Shown: in pieces, positions 1-9,724 of the stretch
Position numbering within the stretch: position 1 is the stretch's first letter
Layout of the letters: the number at the start of each line of letters is the position of its first letter
Origin: Patescibacteria group bacterium
Lineage (GTDB): Bacteria; Patescibacteriota; Patescibacteriia; UBA11705; DATKZF01
DNA: 64,000 nucleotides
Direction of reading: 5' to 3'
Assembly: GCA_049319825.1 (NCBI GenBank)
Contig: JBMORT010000002.1
Location: 114,002 to 178,001, forward strand
Notes under the pieces: generated by a model
The model's input: only the letters and a program-made list of their open reading frames with translations
Told to the model about the DNA's origin: nothing
Database searches by the model: none
Translations under genes and position numbers: made by a program

Positions 1-418
1 CAGCAAGGAAAAACGCAATAAGCAGGGATTGTTTATAAAAACGATTAATTTCTTTTTAAAACCGCAATTTTTAAAATATTCATTGGCCATGTTCGTCACC
101 GCCGCTCTATTGTTTTATATCGGTTGGGGAATCAATCGAATTTTCACGCCGCCCGCCCTGAAAATATTTGAACCGGCGGACAGCCTGATCACGACAGAGC
201 GTCATGTGAATGTTCGGGGAGAAACGGAAAAAGAGGTCTTGCTGACCATCAATGGTCAGGAGATCATCAGTGATCAGCACGGAGTATTTGAGAGTCCGCT
301 CGATTTGCAAAAAGGATTGAATATTATTAAAATATCAGCGCAGAAAAAGCACAGCCGTGAAAACATAAAATACCTGCAGATAATCGTCGAAGAGACTGCG
401 AACGTCTCAAAAAATTAA
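1..418 (+). CDS. Membrane-anchored protein with C-terminal Ig-like domain (5'-partial; RodZ-like HTH protein typical upstream of recA in CPR)
   Basis: Frame is open from the window edge; one TM helix followed by 'PPALKIFEP...VRGETE...LTING...LQKGLNIIKISA' Ig-like pattern. Confidence 0.7.
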   Translation, partial: SKEKRNKQGLFIKTINFFLKPQFLKYSLAMFVTAALLFYIGWGINRIFTPPALKIFEPADSLITTERHVNVRGETEKEVLLTINGQEIISDQHGVFESPLDLQKGLNIIKISAQKKHSRENIKYLQIIVEETANVSKN

Positions 419-495
419 ATAATTTGGGTTTTTGATCATATTGAAAATTAATATCAAAGAAATCTTTCCATGCTTAAGATTTTTTTATTGTTCAT

Positions 496-1509
496 ATGGG
501 AAAAGACGTTGAAGTAAAAGAAAAAAATTTAGCCGCGGAGCAGGCCATCAGCCAAATTAAGGAAAAGTTCGGTGACGGTTCAATTATGCTCTTGGGAGAG
601 GCCAAGACCATGAATGTGGAGGCGATTCCCACCGGCTGTTTGTCGCTGGACATCGCCTTGGGGGTTGGCGGTGTGCCGCGTGGGCGCATTATCGAAATAT
701 TCGGTCCGGAAATGTCCGGAAAAACCACATTGGCTCAGCACATTGTTGCCGAGATTCAAAAAATCGGTGGCATTGCCGCATTCATTGACGCGGAACACGC
801 GCTTGATCCGGACTATGCCAGAAAGATCGGCATTAATATCAACGACTTACTGATTTCTCAGCCGGATACCGGCGAGCAGGCGTTGGAAATAGTCGAAACC
901 CTGGTCCGCTCAAACGCCATCGATGTTATTGTCGTTGATTCGGTCGCCGCGTTGACGCCAAAAGCCGAAATCGAAGGCGAGATGGGCGATCAACACATGG
1001 GGCTGCAAGCCAGATTGATGAGTCAGGCGCTGCGAAAATTGGCGGGATTGATTTCCAAAAGCAAAACCACGGTAATATTTATCAATCAAATCCGTCAAAA
1101 GATCGGGGTATTTTTCGGCAATCCCGAGACGACCACCGGCGGCAACGCGCTGAAGTTTTATTCATCCGTCAGAATCGAAGTGCGACGTTCGGCTCAGATC
1201 AAGCAAGCCGAACAAGTTATCGGCAATCGGGTTAAGGTAAAAATCGTCAAAAATAAAGTTGCCGCGCCGTTTAAAACCACTGAATTCGACATCATGTACA
1301 ATGAAGGCATCTCTTTATCCGGCGATCTGCTGGATACCGGCATTGTCCACAAAGTAATATCCAAGTCGGGGAATTCTTACGGTTATGGAGAAGAAAAACT
1401 GGGGGTTGGTCGAGAAAACGCCAAGAAATATTTGAAAGATAATCCGAAATTAATGAAGAAAATCAGAAAAGAAATCTGGGATGCGGCTAAGGGCGGAGTT
1501 GTTGAATAA
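496..1509 (+). CDS. recA: Recombinase RecA
   Basis: GPEMSGKTT Walker [33 protein letters not shown] motifs; no intein. Confidence 0.99.
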   Translation: MGKDVEVKEKNLAAEQAISQIKEKFGDGSIMLLGEAKTMNVEAIPTGCLSLDIALGVGGVPRGRIIEIFGPEMSGKTTLAQHIVAEIQKIGGIAAFIDAEHALDPDYARKIGININDLLISQPDTGEQALEIVETLVRSNAIDVIVVDSVAALTPKAEIEGEMGDQHMGLQARLMSQALRKLAGLISKSKTTVIFINQIRQKIGVFFGNPETTTGGNALKFYSSVRIEVRRSAQIKQAEQVIGNRVKVKIVKNKVAAPFKTTEFDIMYNEGISLSGDLLDTGIVHKVISKSGNSYGYGEEKLGVGRENAKKYLKDNPKLMKKIRKEIWDAAKGGVVE

Positions 1510-1586
1510 AAAATGATATTAAGGACCGCTGAGCGTCCTTTTTATTTTTAAAATTTGGTATTATAATTGCTTTGAGGAGGCAGAAC

Positions 1587-1871
1587 GTGAAAAGAACGAT
1601 CATCGCCATCGAGCTCCCGGATCGGGGGCTGGAGCTTTTTGAAAATTTGCGGCAGTTATTTCAACGTCTATGCCGCGTTCCCATTGACGATAGAATTATC
1701 GTCAGGTGCGCTTTTAGATTTTTACATGAGCTGGTGATTTTACTGGATCCCGGGAAAAGGTATGTGATAAAAATCTATGAAAGAAACGGTCCGCTGGTCG
1801 GCCAGCTGGAATTCAATCCGCCTCGACCGAATTTGAAATTGGTAGGTGATGATCAAACAATTCAAACCTGA
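1587..1871 (+). CDS. Hypothetical protein (accessory)
   Basis: GAGGAGG SD (1574-1580) before GTG at 1587; followed by hairpin AAACCTGAGA...TCTCAGGTTT + T-tract. Confidence 0.6.
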   Translation: MKRTIIAIELPDRGLELFENLRQLFQRLCRVPIDDRIIVRCAFRFLHELVILLDPGKRYVIKIYERNGPLVGQLEFNPPRPNLKLVGDDQTIQT

Positions 1872-1935
1872 GAAAACGATCTCAGGTTTTTCTTTACTTT
1901 TTAAAGCGGGCGTGGGAGAATGATTAATAAGTGAG

Positions 1936-2044
1936 TTTACAAGATTACTAGATCTTGCGTACAAGATTTACAAGATGCCATGTTGAAAATTTTGTATATC
2001 TTGCAATCTGTATGATCTCGCATATTGATTTGTAATCATGTAGC
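1936..2044. repeat. Imperfect palindrome made of short TACAAGAT-like units
   Basis: TTACAAGAT/TACTAGAT/TACAAGAT units on the left and ATCTTGCA/ATCTCGCA/TTGTAATCATGTA on the right, ending just before the tsaD ATG. Confidence 0.6.
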
Positions 2045-2053
2045 TTCAAATTT

Positions 2054-3070
2054 ATGAAAATATTAGCCATCGAATCATCCTGCGACGAGACAGCGGCCTC
2101 GGTTGTTGAAGTTAAGGCCGGCAAATTCATCGCTTTATCCAATGTCGTTTCATCTCAAATAAAAACTCACGCAAAATACGGCGGTGTGGTGCCGGAAGTC
2201 GCGGCTCGGCTGCATGTTGAAAAAATCATTCCCATTATCGATAAGGCCCTGGATGATTCAAAGACAATAATTAAAGATCTGAAGGCGATAGCCGTTGTTT
2301 CCGGCCCCGGTCTGGCGCCGTCGCTTCGAGTCGGCGTGGAAACCGTCAAGACTTTGGCCTATGCTTGGGATACGCCGTTGATTCAGGTTAATCATATCGA
2401 AGGACATATCGCGGCCGCGCTGCTTGGCGGCGGAAAAGTGAAGCTGCCGGCGGTTTGTTTGGTTGTTTCCGGCGGGCATACCAGTTTGATTGATGTTAAA
2501 GACTGGGGAAAATATAAATTGATTGGCCAAACCAGAGACGACGCGGTCGGCGAATCATTTGATAAGGTGGCCAAGATTATGGGCTTGGGCTACCCGGGCG
2601 GACCGATCATATCCAAGCTGGCTGAAAATGCCAAGCCCGGCAAATTTAAACTGCCCCGGCCAATGATTAATTCCCATGACTTTGATTTTAGTTTTTCAGG
2701 CATCAAAACTGCTGTTTTATATTTGTATAAATCTAGAAAAAATTGGACAAGCAAATCCAAAGCGGATTTGGCGCGCGAATTTGAGGACGCGGTGGTCGAA
2801 GTTTTAGTGAAAAAGACTTTTGACGCCATCGCCAAGTACAAGCCAAAGAGTTTTATTCTCGGCGGCGGCGTTTCCGCTAACAAGAAACTGAGACAAGAGC
2901 TGGAAAAAAAGGGTAGCGGGATTAAAGGGCTGGAGATGCGCATTCCTTCACTCGAATTCACCACGGACAATGCGGCCATGATCGGCGCGGCAGCGTATTT
3001 TCATTATAAAGAGAAGGATTTTGCAGATAAATTTCATTTAGTCGCTGATCCCGGTTGGCATATTGTATAA
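2054..3070 (+). CDS. tsaD: tRNA N6-adenosine threonylcarbamoyltransferase TsaD
   Basis: ILAIESSCDET, GGVVPEVAARLH, NHIEGH, VSGGHT, TRDDAVGESFDK, DNAAMI motifs. Confidence 0.98.
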   Translation: MKILAIESSCDETAASVVEVKAGKFIALSNVVSSQIKTHAKYGGVVPEVAARLHVEKIIPIIDKALDDSKTIIKDLKAIAVVSGPGLAPSLRVGVETVKTLAYAWDTPLIQVNHIEGHIAAALLGGGKVKLPAVCLVVSGGHTSLIDVKDWGKYKLIGQTRDDAVGESFDKVAKIMGLGYPGGPIISKLAENAKPGKFKLPRPMINSHDFDFSFSGIKTAVLYLYKSRKNWTSKSKADLAREFEDAVVEVLVKKTFDAIAKYKPKSFILGGGVSANKKLRQELEKKGSGIKGLEMRIPSLEFTTDNAAMIGAAAYFHYKEKDFADKFHLVADPGWHIV

Positions 3071-3559
3071 TCCGAATACCCCGAATATCTATTCGAATCC
3101 CCCAAATGCCCCGAATAAAATAAAAACTTTATGACCAAAATTATCCATGAAGAATTATCATATGAAATAACTGGACTTTTATATAAGACCCAAAATGATT
3201 TGGGACGATTAAGAAATGAAAAGCAATATGGTGATTATTTAAAAAATTACTAAATGAAAAGGAGATTAATTATAAGAGAGAACATCGATTTACTGATGTG
3301 CGAAATGGAGGAAAAGTCGCTAGAGGTATTTGCGATTTCATTGTTGGCGGAAAAATACTCTTGGAATTTAAAACAAAAGATTTCATTGATAAGGAAGATT
3401 ATTATCAAGCTCAGCGGCATTTGGCAACCTTGAATTTGGAACTAGGGATCATTGTCAATTTTAGACAAAAACGATTAGTACCCAAAAGAGTATTAAACAG
3501 CGAATATCAATCCGATAATATTCGTGGTATTCGTGTCGGTCATTCGGGTCATTCGGATT
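3069..3559. repeat. Inverted 9-nt-periodic repeats flanking the GxxExxY gene (3069-3117 and 3519-3559)
   Basis: Left: AATCCGAATACCCCGAATATCTATTCGAATCCCCCAAAT. Reverse complement of right: AATCCGAATGACCCGAATGACCGACACGAATACCACGAATAT. Confidence 0.8.
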
Positions 3560-3561
3560 AA
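3131..3561 (+). pseudogene. GxxExxY-family (PD-(D/E)XK-like) protein split by a -1 frameshift at ~3238-3246
   Basis: ATG 3131 frame reads MTKIIHEELSYEITG...LGRLRNEKQY then stops at 3251. The -1 frame continues KKLLNEKEINYKREH...CDFIV..KILLEFK...YYQAQRHL..LNLELGIIVNF, typical of the family. Confidence 0.85.
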
Positions 3562-3566
3562 ACATT

Positions 3567-4013
3567 ATGAAAAAAGAATTTATTACTACCTCAGAACAAG
3601 AAACCATGCAAGCGGCCCGCGACTTCGCCAAAACGCTCAAAGGCGGGGAAGTGGTTTTATTGACCGGCGAGCTGGGCGCGGGCAAAACCGTTTTCGTCAA
3701 AGCGGTAGCAGCGGAGCTTGGAGTTTTAAGGACCGTGACCAGCCCGACTTTTGTATTGATGCAGACTTACAGCACTGCGAATAAAAAAATTAAAAATCTG
3801 TGCCACGTGGACGCCTATCGGATTGATTCTTTCCAAGATTTTCAATCAGCCGGTCTGGACGAATATTTATATCGAAAAGACACGGTATGCTTTATTGAAT
3901 GGGGTGAAAAAATAAAAAAGATGCTGAAAGACTATGTCCGAATCAATATAAAAATTGAAAAAAACAATCGAAAAATTTCAATTCAAAACTATGAAAGAAA
4001 AAAATCAACGTGA
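3567..4013 (+). CDS. tsaE: tRNA threonylcarbamoyladenosine biosynthesis ATPase TsaE
   Basis: GELGAGKT, VTSPTF, HVDAYR, IEW motifs. Confidence 0.97.
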   Translation: MKKEFITTSEQETMQAARDFAKTLKGGEVVLLTGELGAGKTVFVKAVAAELGVLRTVTSPTFVLMQTYSTANKKIKNLCHVDAYRIDSFQDFQSAGLDEYLYRKDTVCFIEWGEKIKKMLKDYVRINIKIEKNNRKISIQNYERKKST

Positions 4014-4668
4014 GTTGGCATATTGGCACAATCAAAAAGGAGGAGAATTCGATCCGGAAACCGGGGTAATTTTTGAGCCCGGGACAGAAGAATATAATAA
4101 GTGGCTGGAATTTTATGATTATATAAAACTGCTCGGGAAAAGTAAAATCGAGCAGACTCCAAATTACGAAAAAATTCATCAATTCCTTGAACAAATTGAT
4201 CGGACGCAAGTAATTGGAGACTCCGCTGACAATAAAAAGCATCAACAAATATTACAAAAACAAAAGCAGACCGCAAAAAAAATGATTGATGACTCGATTG
4301 CCAAAGCAATCAAATATATTGAGATTGTTCTATCTCAGGAAGGGAACATAAGAAAATACGGGAGATCGAGCATAAAGGAAATTGAGACTTCAGAGCTGCG
4401 AAGACGCGCGGCTCACGACGCGTTAATTAGTTCTTTAACCATTGCCAATCGCTATATTTATCAACATTTTGGACAATTAACCCCCGAACAGCTGGATGAG
4501 TTTCAAGACCGTGAAGAAGCCGCCGGCAGAGAATTCATTGAAATAGATCGAATCGACATTCCGGAGATGACTTTTTTGACTGCGGATGTAAATTTGGCAA
4601 ATCGCCAATCCGTTGCCCTGTGGGCATATAATTTATTGAGAGAAATAAGGTTTAAAGAGGCCGCATAA
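3991..4668 (+). CDS. Hypothetical helical protein (DUF3232-like motif)
   Basis: Long ORF; 'ELRRRAAHDALISSLTIANR' resembles DUF3232 proteins; ATG at 3991 chosen over TTG 3955. Confidence 0.6.
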   Translation: MKEKNQRELAYWHNQKGGEFDPETGVIFEPGTEEYNKWLEFYDYIKLLGKSKIEQTPNYEKIHQFLEQIDRTQVIGDSADNKKHQQILQKQKQTAKKMIDDSIAKAIKYIEIVLSQEGNIRKYGRSSIKEIETSELRRRAAHDALISSLTIANRYIYQHFGQLTPEQLDEFQDREEAAGREFIEIDRIDIPEMTFLTADVNLANRQSVALWAYNLLREIRFKEAA

Positions 4669-4699
4669 AAAAGAAGGATAGCGAGATCCTTCTTTGGTA

Positions 4700-4945
4700 T
4701 TACAGCTTGCGTTTCGCCTCTTGGAGGCAAAAGTCAATGGTTAATCTCAGCAGCGCTGACAACGGTTCGATTTTAACGTATTGGGAAAGCTCTGTTAGTG
4801 CCCTGTCCAGCTCCTTGTCCAGCCGAGGCGTTGACTGGCCGATCAGGTTGTTTTTCCCGATTTGAAAAAATAATCTGAACACGCGTAAGATAAATGGTCT
4901 TGATCGATGTTTCTCGAAGTACGGTCTGAGACTTTCGGCGTTCAT
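4700..4945 (-). CDS. Small hypothetical protein (accessory)
   Basis: TTGACA-N17-TATAGT promoter and AGGAGG SD upstream of ATG at 4945 on the minus strand. Confidence 0.6.
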   Translation of the reverse strand: MNAESLRPYFEKHRSRPFILRVFRLFFQIGKNNLIGQSTPRLDKELDRALTELSQYVKIEPLSALLRLTIDFCLQEAKRKL

Positions 4946-5010
4946 AACCAATCCTCCTGCTGCGTTTCCAATTACTATAATATTTTTTAATTCTTTTGTC
5001 AAGGGTCAAT

Positions 5011-5036
5011 AAAAAACTGCCCGCAGCGGGCAGTTT
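5011..5036. terminator. Intrinsic terminator after pilB
   Basis: AAACTGCCCGC-A-GCGGGCAGTTT hairpin with A/T tracts. Confidence 0.75.
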
Positions 5037-5054
5037 GTATTTATTTGTTGCTTA

Positions 5055-6794
5055 TTAATCGCTTACCCGGAACACTTCCTCGATTGTGGTGAGGCCCTCG
5101 GCCGCCTTAAGCAGTCCGTCCTGCACCATGGTCAGCATGCCGTTTTTGGCCGCCACTTCCAATAATGTGTATTCAGTCGCCTGGTTATTTAGGATCAGTT
5201 GCTCGATTTCCTTATTCATTATCATGATTTCATAAATGCCGACTCGGCCTTTGTATTTCAGTCCATTACACTTGGGACAGCCTTTCCCCATATAAAATTT
5301 CAAATTATCCAGATCCTTTGGACGCTGCGGATTATCTTTGGGGATTCGATCCAGTGTTTCTTTGACCCGCTCCAATGTTTTTTTATCCGGTACATATTCT
5401 TCTTTGCAATCGGAGCAGACTTTTCTAACCAGTCGCTGGCCGATAATGGCGTTCAATGCCGGCGCCAGCAGAAAACCTTTCGCCCCCAGTGCCAAAAATC
5501 TGGGTATGGCGCCGGACGCGCTATTGGTATGAATGGTTGATAACACCAAATGTCCGGTTAACGCCGCGTTAATGGCAATATCGGCTGTTTCGCCGTCCCT
5601 GATTTCACCGACCATAATAATGTCCGGATCCTGGCGCATTAGCGACCGCAGTCCGTCGGCGAATGAATAATCGCGCGAAGGATCAATTTGGCTTTGATTA
5701 ACACCGGCCAGTTCGTATTCGATCGGATCTTCCAGCGTCATGATTTTAACTTCGGGATTATTAAGTTTGTTCAGAATGGCGTAGAGAGTGGTGGTTTTGC
5801 CCGATCCGGTCGGACCGGTGGTGATAATCATGCCGTTCGGCCGCTGGATTTCCGTTTTTAATTTTTCAAAAGCATGGCCACCCAAACCCAAATCTTCGAA
5901 TTTTAAACTGACGGCGCCGGATCGCAGCAGTCGCATCACCACGCTTTCGCCGTATTGCACCGGCAAAAACGACGCGCGGACATCGATGCGCTCGGCCGCG
6001 GTTTGGATGCGAAACCGGCCATCCTGTGGCTGATCGGTCACATTTAGTTTGACCTTGGCCAATAGTTTTAACCGGGAAATAATTTTCGGCCAATCTGATT
6101 TTTTCAGCTCGGCCACGTCATTTAAAATGCCGTCCAGCCTAAATCTGACTTTGATTATTTTTTCTTCGGCTTCGATATGAATATCGGACGCCTTGGTTTG
6201 CAGGGCCGCGGCCACGATTAAGGCCACCATTTCGGTCAGATTGGTTTCTTCAATCATCGATTGCAGGCTGGCGACGCCTTGGTAGTTTTTCTGAAATTTT
6301 TCCAGATCGTTTGCCGAAATTTCGACTCCTTTGGGCGCCGGTTTTATTTTCGGCATTTTTTTATAAAGGCCAAGCGCTGTTTTCAGGCTGTGATCATCAG
6401 TCAGATAAATTTCGACATGCGCTTTAAATCGTTCGGCGATCTGAAACGCCAATTCTTTTATGGCCGGGCTTTCGGGCTGGGTGGCGGCGATGCGTATTTC
6501 CTGTCCGATTTCCAGAAACGGCACCACGGACAGTTCAGCGGCCTGGGATTCGTCAATTATTTTTAAAGCCTCGGAGCTAATCGGAAAATCGGTCAAATCA
6601 ATAAACGGAATTCCTTTTTGTTGCGCGGAAGTTTGCGCCTTTTCTCTTTCCTCTTTCACTTGAATGGACTGCATCTTTTCCGCTAATGCTTCCTGAGCTC
6701 GTTTTGTTCCTGCGGCTGCTTGACCCGGGGTTGATTTTTTTAGCACTGATGGATCTTTAAGCAAATCCTCGATTGATTGGGCGCCGGTTGACAT
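5055..6794 (-). CDS. pilB: Type IV pilus / T2SS assembly ATPase (PilB/GspE family)
   Basis: ASDIHIE, GPTGSGKTTTLY, LEDPIEY, RQDPDIIMVGEIRD, TGHLVLSTIHTN, CxxC...CxxC. Confidence 0.93.
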   Translation of the reverse strand: MSTGAQSIEDLLKDPSVLKKSTPGQAAAGTKRAQEALAEKMQSIQVKEEREKAQTSAQQKGIPFIDLTDFPISSEALKIIDESQAAELSVVPFLEIGQEIRIAATQPESPAIKELAFQIAERFKAHVEIYLTDDHSLKTALGLYKKMPKIKPAPKGVEISANDLEKFQKNYQGVASLQSMIEETNLTEMVALIVAAALQTKASDIHIEAEEKIIKVRFRLDGILNDVAELKKSDWPKIISRLKLLAKVKLNVTDQPQDGRFRIQTAAERIDVRASFLPVQYGESVVMRLLRSGAVSLKFEDLGLGGHAFEKLKTEIQRPNGMIITTGPTGSGKTTTLYAILNKLNNPEVKIMTLEDPIEYELAGVNQSQIDPSRDYSFADGLRSLMRQDPDIIMVGEIRDGETADIAINAALTGHLVLSTIHTNSASGAIPRFLALGAKGFLLAPALNAIIGQRLVRKVCSDCKEEYVPDKKTLERVKETLDRIPKDNPQRPKDLDNLKFYMGKGCPKCNGLKYKGRVGIYEIMIMNKEIEQLILNNQATEYTLLEVAAKNGMLTMVQDGLLKAAEGLTTIEEVFRVSD

Positions 6795-7030
6795 AGAAGT
6801 AATATTTTAGTTGACAGATGAAAGTTGCCTGTTAGATGAACGCAATGAAGAGCGTTTTTGGTCGTCTGACTGCGGTGGCAATTCCGCGATATTCGATTTC
6901 TTGCCTTTATGATACTATTTTTTCAAAAATTTGACAATTATTTCTCAAAAAATTAAAATATACATACTTAAATAATCTAAACATAAAAGCAATGAAGAGG
7001 AATTTAACCTCGATTTGCCGGAAGAAAAAT

Positions 7031-7918
7031 ATGCCCAGAAAAAAAATAACGCCCAGCGAAGAAACAAAACCGACCCCGGCGCCCGTCGCGGCCAGCACCG
7101 CCGTTTCCGCCAAAAAAAAATCATTAGTTAAGCATCCGGCCATCCCTGGCTGGTTCATTGCCGGTATTTTGCTTATCGCCGTGGTGGCGATGTTCGTGTA
7201 CGCGCAAAAAAGCATCAGCAAGGTTCAGGATGAAAAGAACGAAGTCGAAGGGCAGACTCGCGTGCTGAAGAGCACGGTCACCAATTTGCAAGCCGAACTG
7301 AGCGATCTAAATCAAAAAACGGAAGACTTGCAGGCGACATCGCAAAAAAGCAAAGAGTTTTTCTTTAATCAGGAAATAATTAAAAGAAAAATTCCGGATT
7401 CGGTGGACACCAAGGATTGGCAGCTGTACAAGGATGACGACTGGACGATGGAAATGCGTTTTCCTAAAAATTGGCAGATTTCTAAAAGCGCCGATCAATC
7501 TCAGCCGGCTTCGGGCGACGCCAAAGCCGTGGCCAGAAAGAGCATAGCGCTCGAGCCGATTGGCGTATCCGAATTTGTCAGATCGCTGCAAATCATGCCC
7601 TATGATTTTGGCCAAAGATTTTCGGTTGAAGAAAAAGTCAAAGCGTTCGAATCAAAGGGAATTCTGGACAATCAAAATTTCAATGGCGGCAAATTGGTAT
7701 ATTTCGTGGAAAAAGCGGAAAACACCATCGTGCCCACCATCATGATATTATCTGATTTTGGCGATTATAAGGCCATATTCCTGGTAAGCGATATTTATCA
7801 TCGGAATTACTTTGATTATTTGACCGATTTTGAAAATATTTTATCGGCAGTTAAATTGGAAGCCAAACCGGCCGCTCCGGCCGAGACGGCCTCCGGAGAC
7901 GCGACTAAAAATCCATAG
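7031..7918 (+). CDS. Membrane-anchored coiled-coil protein with PsbP-like C-terminal region
   Basis: One TM helix, coiled coil, 'DWQLYKD...MRFPKNW' pattern common in CPR surface proteins; start uncertain (6992 or 7031). Confidence 0.7.
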   Translation: MPRKKITPSEETKPTPAPVAASTAVSAKKKSLVKHPAIPGWFIAGILLIAVVAMFVYAQKSISKVQDEKNEVEGQTRVLKSTVTNLQAELSDLNQKTEDLQATSQKSKEFFFNQEIIKRKIPDSVDTKDWQLYKDDDWTMEMRFPKNWQISKSADQSQPASGDAKAVARKSIALEPIGVSEFVRSLQIMPYDFGQRFSVEEKVKAFESKGILDNQNFNGGKLVYFVEKAENTIVPTIMILSDFGDYKAIFLVSDIYHRNYFDYLTDFENILSAVKLEAKPAAPAETASGDATKNP

Positions 7919-7922
7919 GCGG

Positions 7923-8075
7923 AAATTCTAAATTAGAATATCTAAATTCTAAACAAATTCTAATGATTCAATGTTCAAAATTCTAAAATTGTTTCGGATA
8001 TTTGGATTTTGGAAATTTGGTTATTGTTTAGAAATCAGGTGAAACTTTACAATTAGGATTTAGATATTAGAAATT
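7923..8075. repeat. Heptamer-periodic imperfect palindrome (TCTAAAT/ATTTAGA family)
   Basis: AAATTCTAAATTAGAATATCTAAATTCTAAACAA ... TTGTTTAGA...ATTTAGATATTAGAAATT; same architecture as 24271 and 39981. Confidence 0.8.
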
Positions 8076-8083
8076 CAAGTGTC

Positions 8084-9169
8084 ATGTCTTTCTCAATAGG
8101 CATCGTGGGTTTGCCGAATGTCGGCAAATCTACTCTTTTTAAAGCCTTAACCAAAAAACAAATCGACATTGCCAATTATCCGTTTTGCACCATCGAACCG
8201 AACGTGGGTATCGTCAAGGTGCCGGACGAGCGGTTAGATCAATTGGCGAATTTTTCTCAGTCCGAAAAAGTGATTGCGACCACCATTGATTTTGTGGACA
8301 TTGCCGGATTGGTGAAAGGAGCGCATAAGGGAGAAGGGCTGGGAAATAAATTTTTAGCGAATATACGGGAAGTGGACGCCATCTGCCATGTGGTTAGGAA
8401 TTTTCAAAAGGGAGATATTGTTCATGTGGAGGGGAAAGTCGATCCGGCTGCTGATTTTGAAGTCATCCAGATGGAATTGATTTTCGCCGATCTGGCCACG
8501 ATTGATAAGCATATTTTAACTGTCGAAAAAGGACTGAAGAGCACGAAGCAGGGACAGGGAAAAGAGGAACGCGCCAAGTTGGAATTATTAAAGAAAATAA
8601 AAATTGCTCTTGAAGAGGGCAAACCTGTGAATAAACTGGGATTAACTGAAAAAGAGGCCGAGTTGATTAAAAATCTGAATTTATTGACCGCCAAGCCATA
8701 TATAATCGTTTTAAATGTTGACGAAAGTCAGTTGAAAGAAGATATTCGGATACCCGGATTTGAAAATGAAACAGTGATTAAAATCTGCGCCCAGCTCGAA
8801 GCTGAGCTGGCTGATTTGCCGGAAGCTGAAGTGAAGCAATATCTGTCGGAAATCGGCGAAGAGCATACCGGACTGGATAAAATTATTTTGGCTGCCTATC
8901 AGCTTTTGAATTTGATCACCTATTTTACTTCCGGCCCGAAAGAAACCAGAGCCTGGACGATTACCAAGGGCACGCTGGCGCCGCAGGCGGCCGGCAAGAT
9001 CCACACTGATTTTGAAAGAGGCTTTATTACCGCTGAAGTTATCAATGGGAAAGATTTGCTGGACGCCGGCTCAGAGGCGGCGGCCAAAGAAAAGGGATTG
9101 ATCAGGCTGGAGGGCAAAGAATATGAGATGAAGGATGGTGATGTTTGTGTTTTTAGATTTAATGTTTGA
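8084..9169 (+). CDS. ychF: Redox-regulated ATPase YchF
   Basis: GIVGLPNVGKST, ANYPFCTIEPN, DIAGLVKGA, IHTDFERGFI, EGKEY motifs. Confidence 0.98.
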   Translation: MSFSIGIVGLPNVGKSTLFKALTKKQIDIANYPFCTIEPNVGIVKVPDERLDQLANFSQSEKVIATTIDFVDIAGLVKGAHKGEGLGNKFLANIREVDAICHVVRNFQKGDIVHVEGKVDPAADFEVIQMELIFADLATIDKHILTVEKGLKSTKQGQGKEERAKLELLKKIKIALEEGKPVNKLGLTEKEAELIKNLNLLTAKPYIIVLNVDESQLKEDIRIPGFENETVIKICAQLEAELADLPEAEVKQYLSEIGEEHTGLDKIILAAYQLLNLITYFTSGPKETRAWTITKGTLAPQAAGKIHTDFERGFITAEVINGKDLLDAGSEAAAKEKGLIRLEGKEYEMKDGDVCVFRFNV

Positions 9170-9539
9170 GAAAGAGTTACGAATCACATATATAGTATAA
9201 ATATTACAAATGCACTTGCGAAGGAAAAAGGTGAAAGTTATAAATTTCTGCCCGACTTTCAGTCGGCTTGTTTAATGATAAGCTCACTTGAAGGGGGGTA
9301 GCATACAAAATTTTTAGTCCCGTTTGGCGGGACATTTTTTTAAATAAGCAGAAGGCTTGCCTTTCTGCGACCGAATGCCGCTGGCGCGGATTTTTTTCCG
9401 GTCGGGGAAACAAAGTTTCCCCTCAGCGTCAGCAGGGCGGGCGGCCGAGTAAGTCAATGCCGAAGGAAATCACCGAGCAAATCAATGCCGAGGGGAATCT
9501 GTGATTCCCCGAACGGTCTTGCTCGGCATTTTTTAAAAA

Positions 9540-9672
9540 TAAAAAAGAGGGAGACATTGGGGACTTCGTTCTTTAACGGACAACCCTCGAGTCGTCTCCC
9601 TCAAGTGGTGTAAGGCGCGGCGGACAATCAAACCGTCGTTATTTTTATACAGATCGACTGTCGTCCGCCGAC
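9540..9672 (-). ncRNA. Candidate stand-alone two-hairpin small RNA
   Basis: TTGACA(9706-9701)-N17-TATAAC(9683-9678); hairpin CGGCGGACGA/UUGUCCGCCG, then hairpin GAGGGAGAC/GUCUCCCUC followed by a U-tract; no ORF. Confidence 0.55.
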
Positions 9673-9724
9673 AGGGTGTTATATCAAATAAAGTCATTGC
9701 TGTCAAGCGCCCGCGCTTTCCAAT

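Noticed and set aside
6795-6905. Possible riboswitch in the pilB leader
   Set aside because: Some pairing potential, but no recognisable aptamer consensus.
9210-9275. 21-codon ORF downstream of ychF
   Set aside because: No SD or homology cue; too short to support.
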